Source: Candidatus Limnocylindria bacterium | GTDB lineage: Bacteria > Chloroflexota > Limnocylindria > QHBO01 | Length of the DNA stretch: 64,000 nt | Assembly: GCA_035708065.1 (NCBI GenBank) | Contig: DASSTC010000016.1 | Location: forward strand, 12,773 to 76,772 | Direction of reading: 5' to 3' | In this document: positions 45,109-56,076 of the stretch, in pieces | Numbering within the stretch: position 1 is the stretch's first letter | How the letters are laid out: every line of letters starts with the position of its first letter | The notes under the pieces: model-generated | Database searches by the model: none | Told to the model about the DNA's origin: nothing | Seen by the model: the letters and a program-made list of their open reading frames with translations, nothing else | Made by a program: the position numbers and the translations under genes

Positions 45109-47055
45109 TCACCGACCGGTGCGCGACCCAGCCAGGGCCACGAATGCGTCCAGGGCTTCGGGGTTCGCCAGCGAGCCGCGCGACGCCGCAACCTCCGGCG
45201 AAACGCCCGACAGGATCCGCTTCAACGGGACCTCGAGCTTCTTGCCGGAGAGCGTGCGCGGCACGCCCGGAACCGCCTCGATCCGGTCCGGCACATGCCG
45301 CGGCGACAGCTCCGAGCGCAGTGTCGAGCGCAGCCGATCGCGCAGCCCCGCGTCGAGTGAGGCACCCGGCGCCAGCGCCACGAATAGGAGGAGCTCGTCG
45401 GTCTCCTCGAGGTGGAGGACGACCGAATCGGCGATCTCGGGGAAGCCCTCGACCACGGCGTAGAACTCGGCAGTCCCCACGCGCACGCCGCCGCGGTTCA
45501 GCGTGGCGTCCGAGCGCCCGCTGATCACGCACGAACCGCGGGACGTGATCGTGATCCAGTCGCCGTGGCGCCAGACGCCGGGGAAGTCGGCGAAGTAGGC
45601 CTCGCGGTAGCGAGCGCCTGTGGGGTCGTTCCAGAAGGCGGCGGGCATGGACGGCATCGGTCTGGTCAGCACCAGCTCGCCCTGCGAGCCGACCACCGGC
45701 ACCCCGGAGGGAGAGAACGCCTCGACGGCGCAGCCCAGGTGGCGGCAGCTGATCTCGCCTTCCCAGACCGGGACGAGCGGCGAGGCGCCGACGAACGCCG
45801 TGCACACATCCGTCCCGCCCGAGACCGACTGGAGCTGCAACGACGGTCCGACCGCGGAATAGACCCAGCGAAAGCCCTCGGCCGGCAACGGCGCGCCGGT
45901 CGAGCCGATGCCACGCAACCGTGACAGGTCGAACGTCGTCCTCGGCGTCAGCCCGGCCTTGCGACAGGCCATCAGGAAGGGCGCGGACGTGCCGAAGTAG
46001 GTCATGGCCGTCTCTTCCGCCAGGGCCCACAGCGCATCGAGCGAGGGATGGGCCGGAGAGCCGTCGAAGAGCACGATCGTCGAGTCGACGAGCAGCCCGG
46101 AAACCAGGTAGTTCCACATCATCCAGCCGGTCGTGGTGAACCAGAAGAACCGGTCGCGCGCACCCAGGTCATGGTGCAGGGCGTGGATCTTGAGATGCTC
46201 GAGCAGGATCCCGCCGTGGCGGTGGACGATCGGCTTTGGGAGGCCGGTCGTGCCCGAGCTGTAGAGGATGTAGAGCGGGTGGTCGAACTCGACCGGGTCG
46301 AACGCGAGCTCGCCCGGCTCGGACGTCAGCTCCTCCCAGCTGACGCTGTCCGCCAGGCCGATCGCCAGGTAGGGCACGCAGACCACGGCGCTCAGCGACG
46401 GCAGAGCGGCGCGAATGGCGGCCACTTCGGCGGTCCGGTCCACGACGTGGTCGCCGTATCGGTAGCCGTCGATGGTGAGCAGCACCTTCGGCGCAATCTG
46501 CGCGAAGCGATCGACCACCGAGCGCGTGCCGAACTCCGGCGCACAGGAGCTCCAGATCGCGCCGAGGCTGGCGGTCGCCAGCAGCCCGATGGTTGCCTCC
46601 GGAATGTTCGGCAGGTAGGCGGCGACCCGATCGCCGGAACCGACCCCCAAGCGCTGCAGGCCGGCGCGCGCCCGTGCCACCGCGCCGCGCAGCCCTGCGG
46701 CGCTCATCTCCGTCGGCGGACGGGTCTGGGAGCGAGCGACGATCACCACGTCGTTGTCGGCTCGACCGGCGAGGCGCAGTGCACGATCGGCGTAGTTCAG
46801 GCGGACGTCCGGGAACCAGCGCGCATCGGGCATGGCGTCATCCGGCAGGACCTCGGACGGACGCTCACCAAGCTCGAAGTAGTCCCAGACCGATGCCCAG
46901 AAAGCCCCGACCTCGTCGACCGACCAGCGCCACAGCTCGTCGTAGGTGGCGAACGATCGGCCGCGTTCGCGCTCCATCCAGCGCAGGTAGTCGCCGATGC
47001 GTGTCCGCTCGCGAACATCCTCTGGAGGGTGCCACAGCACGTTCGGGATGCCCAT
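45109..47055 (-). CDS. Acetoacetate--CoA ligase (acetoacetyl-CoA synthetase)
   Basis: 648 aa. N-terminus is LWHPPEDVRERTRIGDYLRWME. AMP-binding motif YSSGTTGLPKPIVH. CATCAT lies 6 nt upstream of the ATG. Confidence 0.92.
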   Translation of the reverse strand: MGIPNVLWHPPEDVRERTRIGDYLRWMERERGRSFATYDELWRWSVDEVGAFWASVWDYFELGERPSEVLPDDAMPDARWFPDVRLNYADRALRLAGRADNDVVIVARSQTRPPTEMSAAGLRGAVARARAGLQRLGVGSGDRVAAYLPNIPEATIGLLATASLGAIWSSCAPEFGTRSVVDRFAQIAPKVLLTIDGYRYGDHVVDRTAEVAAIRAALPSLSAVVCVPYLAIGLADSVSWEELTSEPGELAFDPVEFDHPLYILYSSGTTGLPKPIVHRHGGILLEHLKIHALHHDLGARDRFFWFTTTGWMMWNYLVSGLLVDSTIVLFDGSPAHPSLDALWALAEETAMTYFGTSAPFLMACRKAGLTPRTTFDLSRLRGIGSTGAPLPAEGFRWVYSAVGPSLQLQSVSGGTDVCTAFVGASPLVPVWEGEISCRHLGCAVEAFSPSGVPVVGSQGELVLTRPMPSMPAAFWNDPTGARYREAYFADFPGVWRHGDWITITSRGSCVISGRSDATLNRGGVRVGTAEFYAVVEGFPEIADSVVLHLEETDELLLFVALAPGASLDAGLRDRLRSTLRSELSPRHVPDRIEAVPGVPRTLSGKKLEVPLKRILSGVSPEVAASRGSLANPEALDAFVALAGSRTGR

Positions 47056-47091
47056 GGACCGATGATGCCAGACCGGGTTACCGTTGACCGC

Positions 47092-49230
47092 ATGCTCCCG
47101 CGCGCGGCCTGCCTGGCGCTGGCCTGCCTGCTGGTCGCGCCGATGGCGAACGTCCGCGCGGCCGATCCGCCAGCCGCGATCCCGATTCCCGGCGAGCCCG
47201 GCGCGCAGTTCATCGATGGCGCGGCGTTCGGCGGCATCGTCGCGGACCTCGACGGCGACGGTGCTCGCGAGCTGGTGCGGCTCGTGCCGAAGGCCGATTC
47301 GCCCGGCGTGCTGGCGGTCGACGCCTGGCGGGTCAACGCCGACGGCTCGTGGCAGCCTCTCGGCGAGGTGCCGCTCACCCGGGCAGCCAGCGTGAACGAA
47401 ATCGTCAGTGAGCGTCCGGCGCAGCGCAACCCGATGCGCCCGGTCGGCGTCGGCGAACCCGCCCGCTTCCTGATGTGGAACGACGGCACGCGGGAGCGGC
47501 TGCTGGTCGCCACGATCGCCGCCAGCCTCGAGCCGGTCGCCTGCTGCCTCACCGTCTGGCAGGTCGACGAGCGGTCGGCCGGCGCGCCGATCACGTTGAG
47601 GCTGCGGCTCAGCACGCAGGGGAACGCGACCTCCATTCGTTCGCTCGACCTCGACGGCGACCGGCCCGACGAGCTGTTCATCACCCAGGAGCCGGCCCCC
47701 GGCCGCCCGGATCAGGTGCCGGTGCGCGCCTATGACTGGAACGGCAGCGCATTCCGCGAGTCGCGCTCGATCCTCATTGCACCACCCGGCTGGGAGGCGT
47801 TCGCGTCGGGTGACACCGATGGCCGGCCCGGCGGCGAGGTCCTGATCAGCTCCGACCCGATCGGCGGCAGCGGCAGCGCGGTGCTCAACCGCTTCTGGCT
47901 GACCGACGGCGCGCTGAAGACCGAGTCATGGGCGGTCCGCGCCCGCGGCGCCGTTGCGTCGTTCGATGCCGGCGACGGGCCGCGCATCGTCATCGTGCCA
48001 CCCGAGATCGGCCTGACGCTGGTCGTGCGCTGGCCGGCCGGAGGCGCGATCGAGTACGAGTCGGGCGCATCGGACGTCGGACGCCTGCTCGGTGTGCTCG
48101 GGAAGGGACCGAGCACGCGCATCCTGATTGCGGCACACGACGGGGAGAGCGGCTTCCGGATCAGCGGCCCACACCTCGAAGTTGTCCCGGTCCCCAGCGT
48201 TGACGGGGCGGCCGCCGCGCTGGAGCGCAACGGGCTCGACCCGTACGTCGGCGAGCTGCCGGGCGGCCTGTCGGGGGCTGCGGCGTACATCGCCGGCGGG
48301 CAGCTGATCGATCAGCAGCCATCGTCGAGCCTGCTGCGGCCGCTGGCCATGGCCGCCGTCGCGTCACTGCCCGGGATCACGCCGCTCGGCGTGCTGGGCC
48401 GGGGCGAGTCCTGGACGGCGCTGCTCCACGGGGCGGTCGACACGTCGCGGAACGGCGGCGATCTCGCCGCCCCGATGCTCCGCGCCCCGGCGTCGATCAC
48501 CGTCGCACTGACCACGACCGTGCTCTCGCCCGAGTCGCATGCCGGCGAGCTGCGCCCCGGTTTCGGCGGCGCGGTCTCGCTGGACGCCGGCGGTGGTGCG
48601 CTCGCGATCGGCCGCCGGCCGTTCACCGCGGCGCTATCCGGTCCGCCCGGCTCGTTTGCCCTCAGCGCCACCGGCGGTCCCACGGCCGTGGCCGATCCGG
48701 GCACGACCACCACGCCATTCCGCGACGGCGCGGTGCAACTGACCATCACCCCGCCCAGCGGCGAGCACCGCTTCAACCTGGGCATCAGCGTCGTGACGCC
48801 GGCCGGGCACGGCTACGCCGGCACGTGGCGCGTCGAGCTCCTGGACCAGCCGCCGCCGCTCGCCGCCGATACGCCGCTCGCGCCGTTCTCGCTCGATGTG
48901 CCGGTCAACGGCACGACCCGGCCCGGGGCGGCGCTGACGATCGACGGCGGCCCGGTGTCGGTGGCCGCGGACGGCTCGTTCGCCGCCGAGGTGCCGGCCG
49001 GCCTCGTCCCGCGTGACGTCCACCTGGTCGTGACCGATCCGGTCGGCAACGTCACGACCAAGGTGCTCAGCGTCGTCGGCTTCGTCGACTATCGCCGCCT
49101 GCCATGGATCCCGCTCGTCGTGGCGTTGACCGTTGCCGCGGCCGTCGTCCTGTTCTTGCGCGCCCCGCGCCCACGCCCCGAGCCGGCGCGCGCGCCGGAC
49201 GACGACGCGCGGCTCGAGGAGATCGACTGA
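47092..49230 (+). CDS. Exported FG-GAP/VCBS-like repeat protein with Ig-like domain and C-terminal TM anchor
   Basis: 712 aa from ATG 47092. Signal peptide MLPRAACLALACLLVAPMANVRA. Repeats DLDGDGARELV / LDLDGDRPDELF / GDTDGRPGGEVLI. C-terminal helix is LPWIPLVVALTVAAAVVLFL. The 5' 1 kb of ORF 46048 was trimmed. Confidence 0.75.
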   Translation: MLPRAACLALACLLVAPMANVRAADPPAAIPIPGEPGAQFIDGAAFGGIVADLDGDGARELVRLVPKADSPGVLAVDAWRVNADGSWQPLGEVPLTRAASVNEIVSERPAQRNPMRPVGVGEPARFLMWNDGTRERLLVATIAASLEPVACCLTVWQVDERSAGAPITLRLRLSTQGNATSIRSLDLDGDRPDELFITQEPAPGRPDQVPVRAYDWNGSAFRESRSILIAPPGWEAFASGDTDGRPGGEVLISSDPIGGSGSAVLNRFWLTDGALKTESWAVRARGAVASFDAGDGPRIVIVPPEIGLTLVVRWPAGGAIEYESGASDVGRLLGVLGKGPSTRILIAAHDGESGFRISGPHLEVVPVPSVDGAAAALERNGLDPYVGELPGGLSGAAAYIAGGQLIDQQPSSSLLRPLAMAAVASLPGITPLGVLGRGESWTALLHGAVDTSRNGGDLAAPMLRAPASITVALTTTVLSPESHAGELRPGFGGAVSLDAGGGALAIGRRPFTAALSGPPGSFALSATGGPTAVADPGTTTTPFRDGAVQLTITPPSGEHRFNLGISVVTPAGHGYAGTWRVELLDQPPPLAADTPLAPFSLDVPVNGTTRPGAALTIDGGPVSVAADGSFAAEVPAGLVPRDVHLVVTDPVGNVTTKVLSVVGFVDYRRLPWIPLVVALTVAAAVVLFLRAPRPRPEPARAPDDDARLEEID

Positions 49231-49231
49231 G

Positions 49232-52105
49232 TCAGCCGCCTCGGCGGCGGCGCGCGAGACGCTCGGCGAGCGTCTCGCCTGCCGGCGGATTCGGTGGGGT
49301 CGGCGTTTCGGCCGCCCGAGCAGGTGGCGGGGCAGTGGCTGCGGGTGCGGTCGGTGTGGCGGCTATCTCGCCCGATCGCTGGCTCAACCGGCTGCGACGG
49401 TCGCGCGCCACGCGCAGCTCGGCAAGCACCGGCACGGACTCCGGCGCCCGACGGCCGAGGCCAACGCGGCGCGCCACCCAGGCACGCGCCCGCGCCAGGT
49501 CCCCGCGCGACAGCGCCACGCGCCGCACGCCGATGTCGAGTGGCACGAGGAGAATGGCGAGCACCAGCAGCCACGGCCAGATCGGCGTCGGGAAGGCATC
49601 GGCCGCGATGTCGTGGCGCCACACGGCGGCTGCGGCAGCCGGATCCGCCGGGTCGAGAGATCGGCCGTGGCCGGTCGCGGCGAAGCGCGCCAGCGCGTCG
49701 GCGTTCACCCCGAGCCGCCGAAACTCCTGCGCGGCCGGGCTGACGATCCCAAGCGTGCGGCTGGCCGAATCGGTCGTGGTCGTCTGGGCCACGCGAACGA
49801 GGTACGCGCCCGGATCGTCGGCGCGGATGGCGCCGGCGTATCGGCCCGGCCCGACCTGGGTCAGCGTCGACTGCGTCGGCGTGAGGTCGGGCGACACGAG
49901 CCGGAGAACCGTGCGGTAGAAGTTGCGCGGCGCGCCGTCGTCGTCGAGTGAGGTGAGGTTCACGTTGAGCTGCCCGTCGCGTCCCGGGCTGAACTGCACG
50001 TCGATGCCCTGGGCGTCCTGCGGGGGCAGCGTCCAGCCGACCATCTGCGCCAGCGCGGTGCCGTAGACATCGGTGCCGATCCATTCGGTCGCCCATTGCG
50101 CCCGAGCGTCGGAGGTCCAGGCGACCGCGCGGCCGAGGCCGTACTGCCATTGCGCCAGCAGCGGGTCGTCCCGGGCGGTGAGCAGCGCCACGCTGGCGGT
50201 CCCCTTGGCGGTCGTGGCGTTGTAACCGAGCAGCGCGGGCAGGCGGCCGGCATCCAGGCCGCGCAGGATCTCGGAGGGCTGCGCCGGAACCGGCTGGAAT
50301 CGCTCCTCGACGATCTTCTCGCCGGCGGTGCGAATCGTCTCCTTGAGGAAGATGTCGGGGATCTTGGTGGCATCGGCCGCGTCGTAGTAGCGGCCTCCCG
50401 ATTCCTCGGCGAGCGACTTGAGGATGTGGGCCGAGCCACCGCCGGTGCCGATCGTCGACAGCGTGATCCCGGCGGCCTTCATGTCGGCGAGGAGGGCGTC
50501 GTACGTGCCTGACTGTGACCAGCCATCGGTGATGAGGATGATGTGGCGCAGCTTGGCCGGGTTCCGGACCAGGTCGTCGTACGCCGCCTTGAGGCCGGCA
50601 TAGATGTTCGTCGTGCCGTCGGCCGCGAAGCCGAGCCCGGCCTGCAGCGCATTGAGGTCGATCGGTGCGGTGTGCACCGCCCAATGCGCGCCGCCGTCGA
50701 AGGTGACCACACCGAGCTGATCGGAGGGCGCGAGGGCATCGGCCGCACGCAGGATCGCCTCCTTGGCGACGTCCACTTTCTCGAAGCCGCGGCTGCCGCC
50801 GGTCGCGTTGTCGCGGTTGTCGCCGGTGCAGTGGCAATCGGCCATCGAGCCGGACTTGTCGACCACGGCCACCAGCGCCACGTCTGGCGAGCGCTGCTTG
50901 TCGCGCACGGTCATGTACACCGGCATCGTTTCCTCGATCGGCGAGTTGAGGTAGCCGCCGGCGCCGTAGCTCTGCTTGCCCCCGATCATGACCAGGCCTT
51001 TGCCGAGATCGCGGACATAGACCTGCAGCGACGCCATCGCGGCATCGCCGAGCGCGGCGGCCGGGACGTCATCAAGGACCACCGCGTCGTAGCCCGCGAG
51101 CGTCGCCAGCGATGACGGAACGCCGCCGGCGGGGACCACCGTGACCTGCTGTCGCGCGGCCTCGAGCGCGTCGCGCAGCGTCGCGGCGTGGGCCGGATCG
51201 TCGGTTGCCAGCAGAACCTGCGGTTCGCCGCTGACCAGGACGTACGCATCCGCCGCGTTGTTCTGGGTGAAGTGATCGGTCTTCGGCTCGATCACCGCGC
51301 GGAACACGTGGAAGCCGGCCGCATCGGCCTTCACCGAGAAGTCGACCGACTGGCTGCCGGCCTTCAGCGTGAGGTCACGCGTGGCCACCGTCTGGCCATC
51401 GGCCAGCAGGCGCAACGTGGCCGTCGTCGCCACCGTCGACCGCACCCGCGCGGTCAGGTGGATCGTCTCGCCGACACGCGCGCCGGTCGGGGCGTCGAGG
51501 CCGTCGAACAGCGCCTCGCCGTACGTGTCGGTCGCCGGCTGCACGACATCCAGGCGCACGCCGCGGTCCGCGGCGGCCAGGATCGCCTGCTCGGCGCCGC
51601 CGGCCGTGTCGTTGCCGTCGGAGAGCAGCACGAGCCGCTGCTGTGTCCCGGCGGGGAAGATGGCGGTCGCCAGGCGCACCGCCGCACCGATGTCGCTGGC
51701 GCCGACCACCGGGATCGACGCCGGCTCGCTCAGCTCGTCGGACTGTGACGGCAGGCGGTCGACGAGCGCGTTCCCGCCGAAGACGACGACGCCGGCGGTA
51801 TCCGCCTCCGGCATGTCGCGGACCGATGCCCGCGCGAAGTCGAGCAGCGCCTGGCGGCTGCTGTCGACCATGGACGCCGACGCATCGACGAGGAAGACGA
51901 CGCTCAGCCGGTCGGACGGCAGCGCCAGCCGGGCTCCGGCCAGGGCAAAGACGAGCGCGCCGACGAGCACCAGCCGGATGACGAGCGACGCGATGCGCCT
52001 CCCGCGGGGCAGGACCCGCGACGCGACCAGCCAGCCGCCGACGACGAGGGCGACCGAAGGCACGAGCAGCCACAGCCAGGCAGGCGTGGCGAAGGCAACC
52101 GGCAT
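49232..52105 (-). CDS. Large membrane protein: TM - VWA - GATase1/ThuA-like - VWA - TM (BatB/DUF4159-like)
   Basis: 957 aa from ATG 52105 (TGATG junction). Two MIDAS motifs (FLVDASASM, VVDKSGSM). The middle segment is YDAVVLDDVP...LGKGLVMIGG. Confidence 0.85.
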   Translation of the reverse strand: MPVAFATPAWLWLLVPSVALVVGGWLVASRVLPRGRRIASLVIRLVLVGALVFALAGARLALPSDRLSVVFLVDASASMVDSSRQALLDFARASVRDMPEADTAGVVVFGGNALVDRLPSQSDELSEPASIPVVGASDIGAAVRLATAIFPAGTQQRLVLLSDGNDTAGGAEQAILAAADRGVRLDVVQPATDTYGEALFDGLDAPTGARVGETIHLTARVRSTVATTATLRLLADGQTVATRDLTLKAGSQSVDFSVKADAAGFHVFRAVIEPKTDHFTQNNAADAYVLVSGEPQVLLATDDPAHAATLRDALEAARQQVTVVPAGGVPSSLATLAGYDAVVLDDVPAAALGDAAMASLQVYVRDLGKGLVMIGGKQSYGAGGYLNSPIEETMPVYMTVRDKQRSPDVALVAVVDKSGSMADCHCTGDNRDNATGGSRGFEKVDVAKEAILRAADALAPSDQLGVVTFDGGAHWAVHTAPIDLNALQAGLGFAADGTTNIYAGLKAAYDDLVRNPAKLRHIILITDGWSQSGTYDALLADMKAAGITLSTIGTGGGSAHILKSLAEESGGRYYDAADATKIPDIFLKETIRTAGEKIVEERFQPVPAQPSEILRGLDAGRLPALLGYNATTAKGTASVALLTARDDPLLAQWQYGLGRAVAWTSDARAQWATEWIGTDVYGTALAQMVGWTLPPQDAQGIDVQFSPGRDGQLNVNLTSLDDDGAPRNFYRTVLRLVSPDLTPTQSTLTQVGPGRYAGAIRADDPGAYLVRVAQTTTTDSASRTLGIVSPAAQEFRRLGVNADALARFAATGHGRSLDPADPAAAAAVWRHDIAADAFPTPIWPWLLVLAILLVPLDIGVRRVALSRGDLARARAWVARRVGLGRRAPESVPVLAELRVARDRRSRLSQRSGEIAATPTAPAATAPPPARAAETPTPPNPPAGETLAERLARRRRGG

Positions 52106-54033
52106 CAGCTGCTGCTCCGCGGCTGCCTGACCGATGTCCCCGGCCGCGGCCGTCGAAGGACGCGTGCCAGCGCTCGCCGTCCCGGTCGATGGAAGAGCAG
52201 CCACTCAACCAGCAGCAGGGCCAGCGCGATGACCGCCAACCGCCACCACCACTCGACGCGCGCCGGCTGCTCGACCGCGGCACCGGTCGCCGGCCGACCC
52301 ATCTCCTCGATGGGCACCGGATCGCCGGGCGCGACGGCCGACTCACCCGGATCGAACAGGTTCGCCGCCGTGCGACCGAGCGACGTGCCGTCCTCGGTGC
52401 GCAGCTCGCGCAGGCCGACGGTCTCGGCCGCCGGCAGCGTGCCCCGCCCGGCGATCAACGGGATGCGCGTCGTCCCGGCGCCATCAGTCAACGAAACCGC
52501 GGTGATCGACGGGTCGACCGCCAGCGGGATCGCCTCGCCGAGCGGCTGCGAGGGCGGCAGCACGCCGTCGACCGGCGGCAGCAGGAAGTCGACGAGGTTG
52601 CTGGTCAGCAGCGGGAAGGCGACCTGCAGCGGCAGGTCGGAGTCGCCGAGCGCGAACGTGAGCAGCGCGACCGCCGTGCCGTCGACCGTCCCCGCTGCGA
52701 CGAGCGGGTCGCCCGTCGTGGCTGCCACCGCCGGCCGCATCCCATCGGTGAGCACGAGGCGCGCCGCTCGCCCGACGTGCAGCGTCGAGAGGTCGACGTA
52801 GCGCAGCAGCGGGTCGTCCGGATCGGTGCGGTCGAGGAGCGGCGCGTCGACGGTTCCGCTCACGGTGCCGAATGCGCCATCGTCGTGCGGCCCCACGTAC
52901 AGCGCCGGGACGTTCGGCGGCGAGGGCGGCACGAACCGGTCGAAGACGAGCAGACCGTAGGGCGTGCCGTCGGCATCGGCCTTCGCCACGGCGTCGCTGT
53001 ACCCGTCGGTGCTCACCGCGTAGAGCTCGAGGCGCGGCAGCAGTGCCAGGGCGTTCTCGAGGTACGTGTTGCCGTCGCTGACCAACAGCGTGCGGACGGC
53101 GGCCTGCGGCGGGGCGAGCGCGAAGGCACGATCGTCGACCGCGAGCGCGTCACTGCCGGCCAGGCGCGCCTCGATCACGGTCGCCGCCGGCGGCACGGTG
53201 GCGATGATCGCCTCCGCGCGCTGGCCGGCGGCGATCTGCAGGTCGCGGGCGTCGACCAGTGCGTCGTCGGCGTAGATCTCCAGCCGGCGGGTCACGTCGC
53301 CGGCCGACGGATTGGCCACCGCCACGAAGACGTCGAGCTGCGCTCCGCCGGAGCGGCGCGTGGCGGAGAGGGCGGCGACTGCCTGGTTCGCATCGGTCGA
53401 GCCGACCCGTTCGACCTTGACCGGTGCACCGATGCCGACCGGTGGCAGCCGGTCGGCGTTCGCATCGGTCACCACGACGACGGTCGAGTCCGCGTCGCGT
53501 GCAGCCAGCGCCGATGCCAGGGCGAACGCATCGGTCAGGTTGCCCGGAAGCTGGGTCGCGTCGATGCCGTCGATGGCGCGGTCCGCGCTGCTGCGGTCGT
53601 TGGTCTCGCTGGCCAGCACGTGCGCCGAGTCGTCGGCGGCCACCACCGTCACGCGACCGCCCTCGGGAAGCCGTGCGACGACCTGGTGCGCCAACCGGCG
53701 CGCAGCCTCGATCCGCGGCTGGCCGTCGTCGGTGGCGCCCATCGAAGCCGACGTGTCGACGATCAGCACGACGTTGGCCGCGAGATCCGAGGTCGTGTTG
53801 AGGAACGGGCGAGTCGCGGCGAAGACGACGAGCGCGGCAATGAGCAGCTGCAGGAGCAGGAGCCAGCTGAAGCGCAGGCGCTGCCACGGCGCGTTGGCCT
53901 CGACGTCGCGGACGAGCTGCTGCCACAGGAACGTGGAACCGACCGGCACGTCGCGGCGACGCAGCCGGAGCATGTAGAAGGCGACGATCAACGGCAGGAT
54001 CAGCAGGCCGATGAGGGCGAGCGGCGCGATCAC
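52105..54033 (-). CDS. BatA-like protein: aerotolerance-regulator N-terminal TM domain + VWA
   Basis: 642 aa from GTG 54033 (VIAPLALIGLLILPLIVAFYMLRLRRR). MIDAS is LIVDTSASM. The start is uncertain. An 18-codon uORF ends in GTGA at this start. Confidence 0.8.
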   Translation of the reverse strand: MIAPLALIGLLILPLIVAFYMLRLRRRDVPVGSTFLWQQLVRDVEANAPWQRLRFSWLLLLQLLIAALVVFAATRPFLNTTSDLAANVVLIVDTSASMGATDDGQPRIEAARRLAHQVVARLPEGGRVTVVAADDSAHVLASETNDRSSADRAIDGIDATQLPGNLTDAFALASALAARDADSTVVVVTDANADRLPPVGIGAPVKVERVGSTDANQAVAALSATRRSGGAQLDVFVAVANPSAGDVTRRLEIYADDALVDARDLQIAAGQRAEAIIATVPPAATVIEARLAGSDALAVDDRAFALAPPQAAVRTLLVSDGNTYLENALALLPRLELYAVSTDGYSDAVAKADADGTPYGLLVFDRFVPPSPPNVPALYVGPHDDGAFGTVSGTVDAPLLDRTDPDDPLLRYVDLSTLHVGRAARLVLTDGMRPAVAATTGDPLVAAGTVDGTAVALLTFALGDSDLPLQVAFPLLTSNLVDFLLPPVDGVLPPSQPLGEAIPLAVDPSITAVSLTDGAGTTRIPLIAGRGTLPAAETVGLRELRTEDGTSLGRTAANLFDPGESAVAPGDPVPIEEMGRPATGAAVEQPARVEWWWRLAVIALALLLVEWLLFHRPGRRALARVLRRPRPGTSVRQPRSSS

Positions 54034-54130
54034 CTTTCCGGCCCCATGTGACTGGGACGGCGGTGAAGGGACCGCCGGCCGCTCATCCTCGTCGGACGGC
54101 TCGCTCCTTCGACGGGTCGAGTGGTGGCCG

Positions 54131-55024
54131 TCATGCGGTGATGCGGCGGCGTCGGAGGACGTCGAAGAGGAGGTCCGCCAGGTCGAGGTCGCTCGGCACG
54201 GTGACGTACGAGCCGCCGCGGCGGGCGACGAAGGCCGCGATCTCGGCCTGCCATTCGCCCAGCCGGGTGCGGTATCGGTCGACGAGGTCGTCGTCGCCGG
54301 TGACCTCGATGCCCTGGCCGGTCTCGGTGTCGACCAGCCGTGCATCGGGCGGGACGTCGGGATCGAGCTCCTCGGGCGCCAGGACGTGGAGGACGCTGAG
54401 CTGGCAGCGCGTGCGGGCCAGGTCGCGCAACGCGTCCAGGTAGCCGGGATCCATCAGGTCGCTGATGAGCAGCAGCGGCCCGGAACCGCGCAGGCGGCCG
54501 GCGTATTCGCGCGCCGCGGCTGCCAGGCCGGTCAGTCGCTCGGTGCGCGGCTCGGAGAGAAAGCGGAAGACCTCGAACACGCGACCCTTGCCGCGCAGCG
54601 GCCGAAGTGTCGACGCGTGGCCGTCTCCCAGAAAGGCGACGCTCACCCGATCGAGGTGGGCCAGGCCGAGGTAGGCGAGCGCGGCAGCGGCACGACGGGC
54701 GAACTCGAGCTTGTTCGGGTCGCCGAAGTTCATGCTCGCGCTGGCATCGACCAGGACGTGGACGGTGACGTCCTCCTCCTCGACGAAGAGCTTGACGAAC
54801 AGCTTCTCGAGCCGCGCGTAGACGTTCCAGTCGAGCTGGCGCAGGTCGTCGCCGTGCGTGTAGTTGCGGTAGTCGGCGAACTCGACCGACTGCCCGCGCT
54901 TCGTGGAACGCCGCTCGCCCTTCATCCGCCCGGCGGTCAGCCGCCGCGACGCCAGCTCGAGCTGCTCGAGGCGCCGCAGGAACGCCTCGTCAAACAGCGG
55001 CGGGCGGTCCGAGACGATCATCAC
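54131..55024 (-). CDS. DUF58 domain protein (MoxR-associated, VWA-like)
   Basis: 297 aa. GERRSTKRGQSVEFADYRNYTHGDDLRQLDWNVYAR plus VLVDASASM is the classical DUF58 signature. Confidence 0.92.
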   Translation of the reverse strand: MMIVSDRPPLFDEAFLRRLEQLELASRRLTAGRMKGERRSTKRGQSVEFADYRNYTHGDDLRQLDWNVYARLEKLFVKLFVEEEDVTVHVLVDASASMNFGDPNKLEFARRAAAALAYLGLAHLDRVSVAFLGDGHASTLRPLRGKGRVFEVFRFLSEPRTERLTGLAAAAREYAGRLRGSGPLLLISDLMDPGYLDALRDLARTRCQLSVLHVLAPEELDPDVPPDARLVDTETGQGIEVTGDDDLVDRYRTRLGEWQAEIAAFVARRGGSYVTVPSDLDLADLLFDVLRRRRITA

Positions 55025-55059
55025 GCTCGGCGCAAACGGGTCTGCGTCATGCGGAACGG

Positions 55060-56072
<1,013 letters not shown>

Positions 56073-56076
<4 letters not shown>

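Noticed and set aside
46048-47091. 5' 1-kb extension of the 1060-aa ORF 46048..49230
   Set aside because: This part is antisense to acetoacetyl-CoA synthetase and has junk composition. The real protein starts at the signal peptide (ATG 47092, or 47062 at most).
52189-54051. 620-aa plus-strand ORF, with similar alternates at 49089..50837 and 51375..52346
   Set aside because: These are antisense or alternative frames of the VWA genes, which carry intact MIDAS motifs and TM helices. The alternates are Arg-rich artefacts.
54030-54086. 18-codon uORF (MSGRRSLHRRPSHMGPER) ending in GTGA at the BatA-like start
   Set aside because: The SD spacing is poor and the peptide is Arg-rich. I cannot distinguish it from chance, so it is noted only as a caveat on the start of the BatA-like gene.
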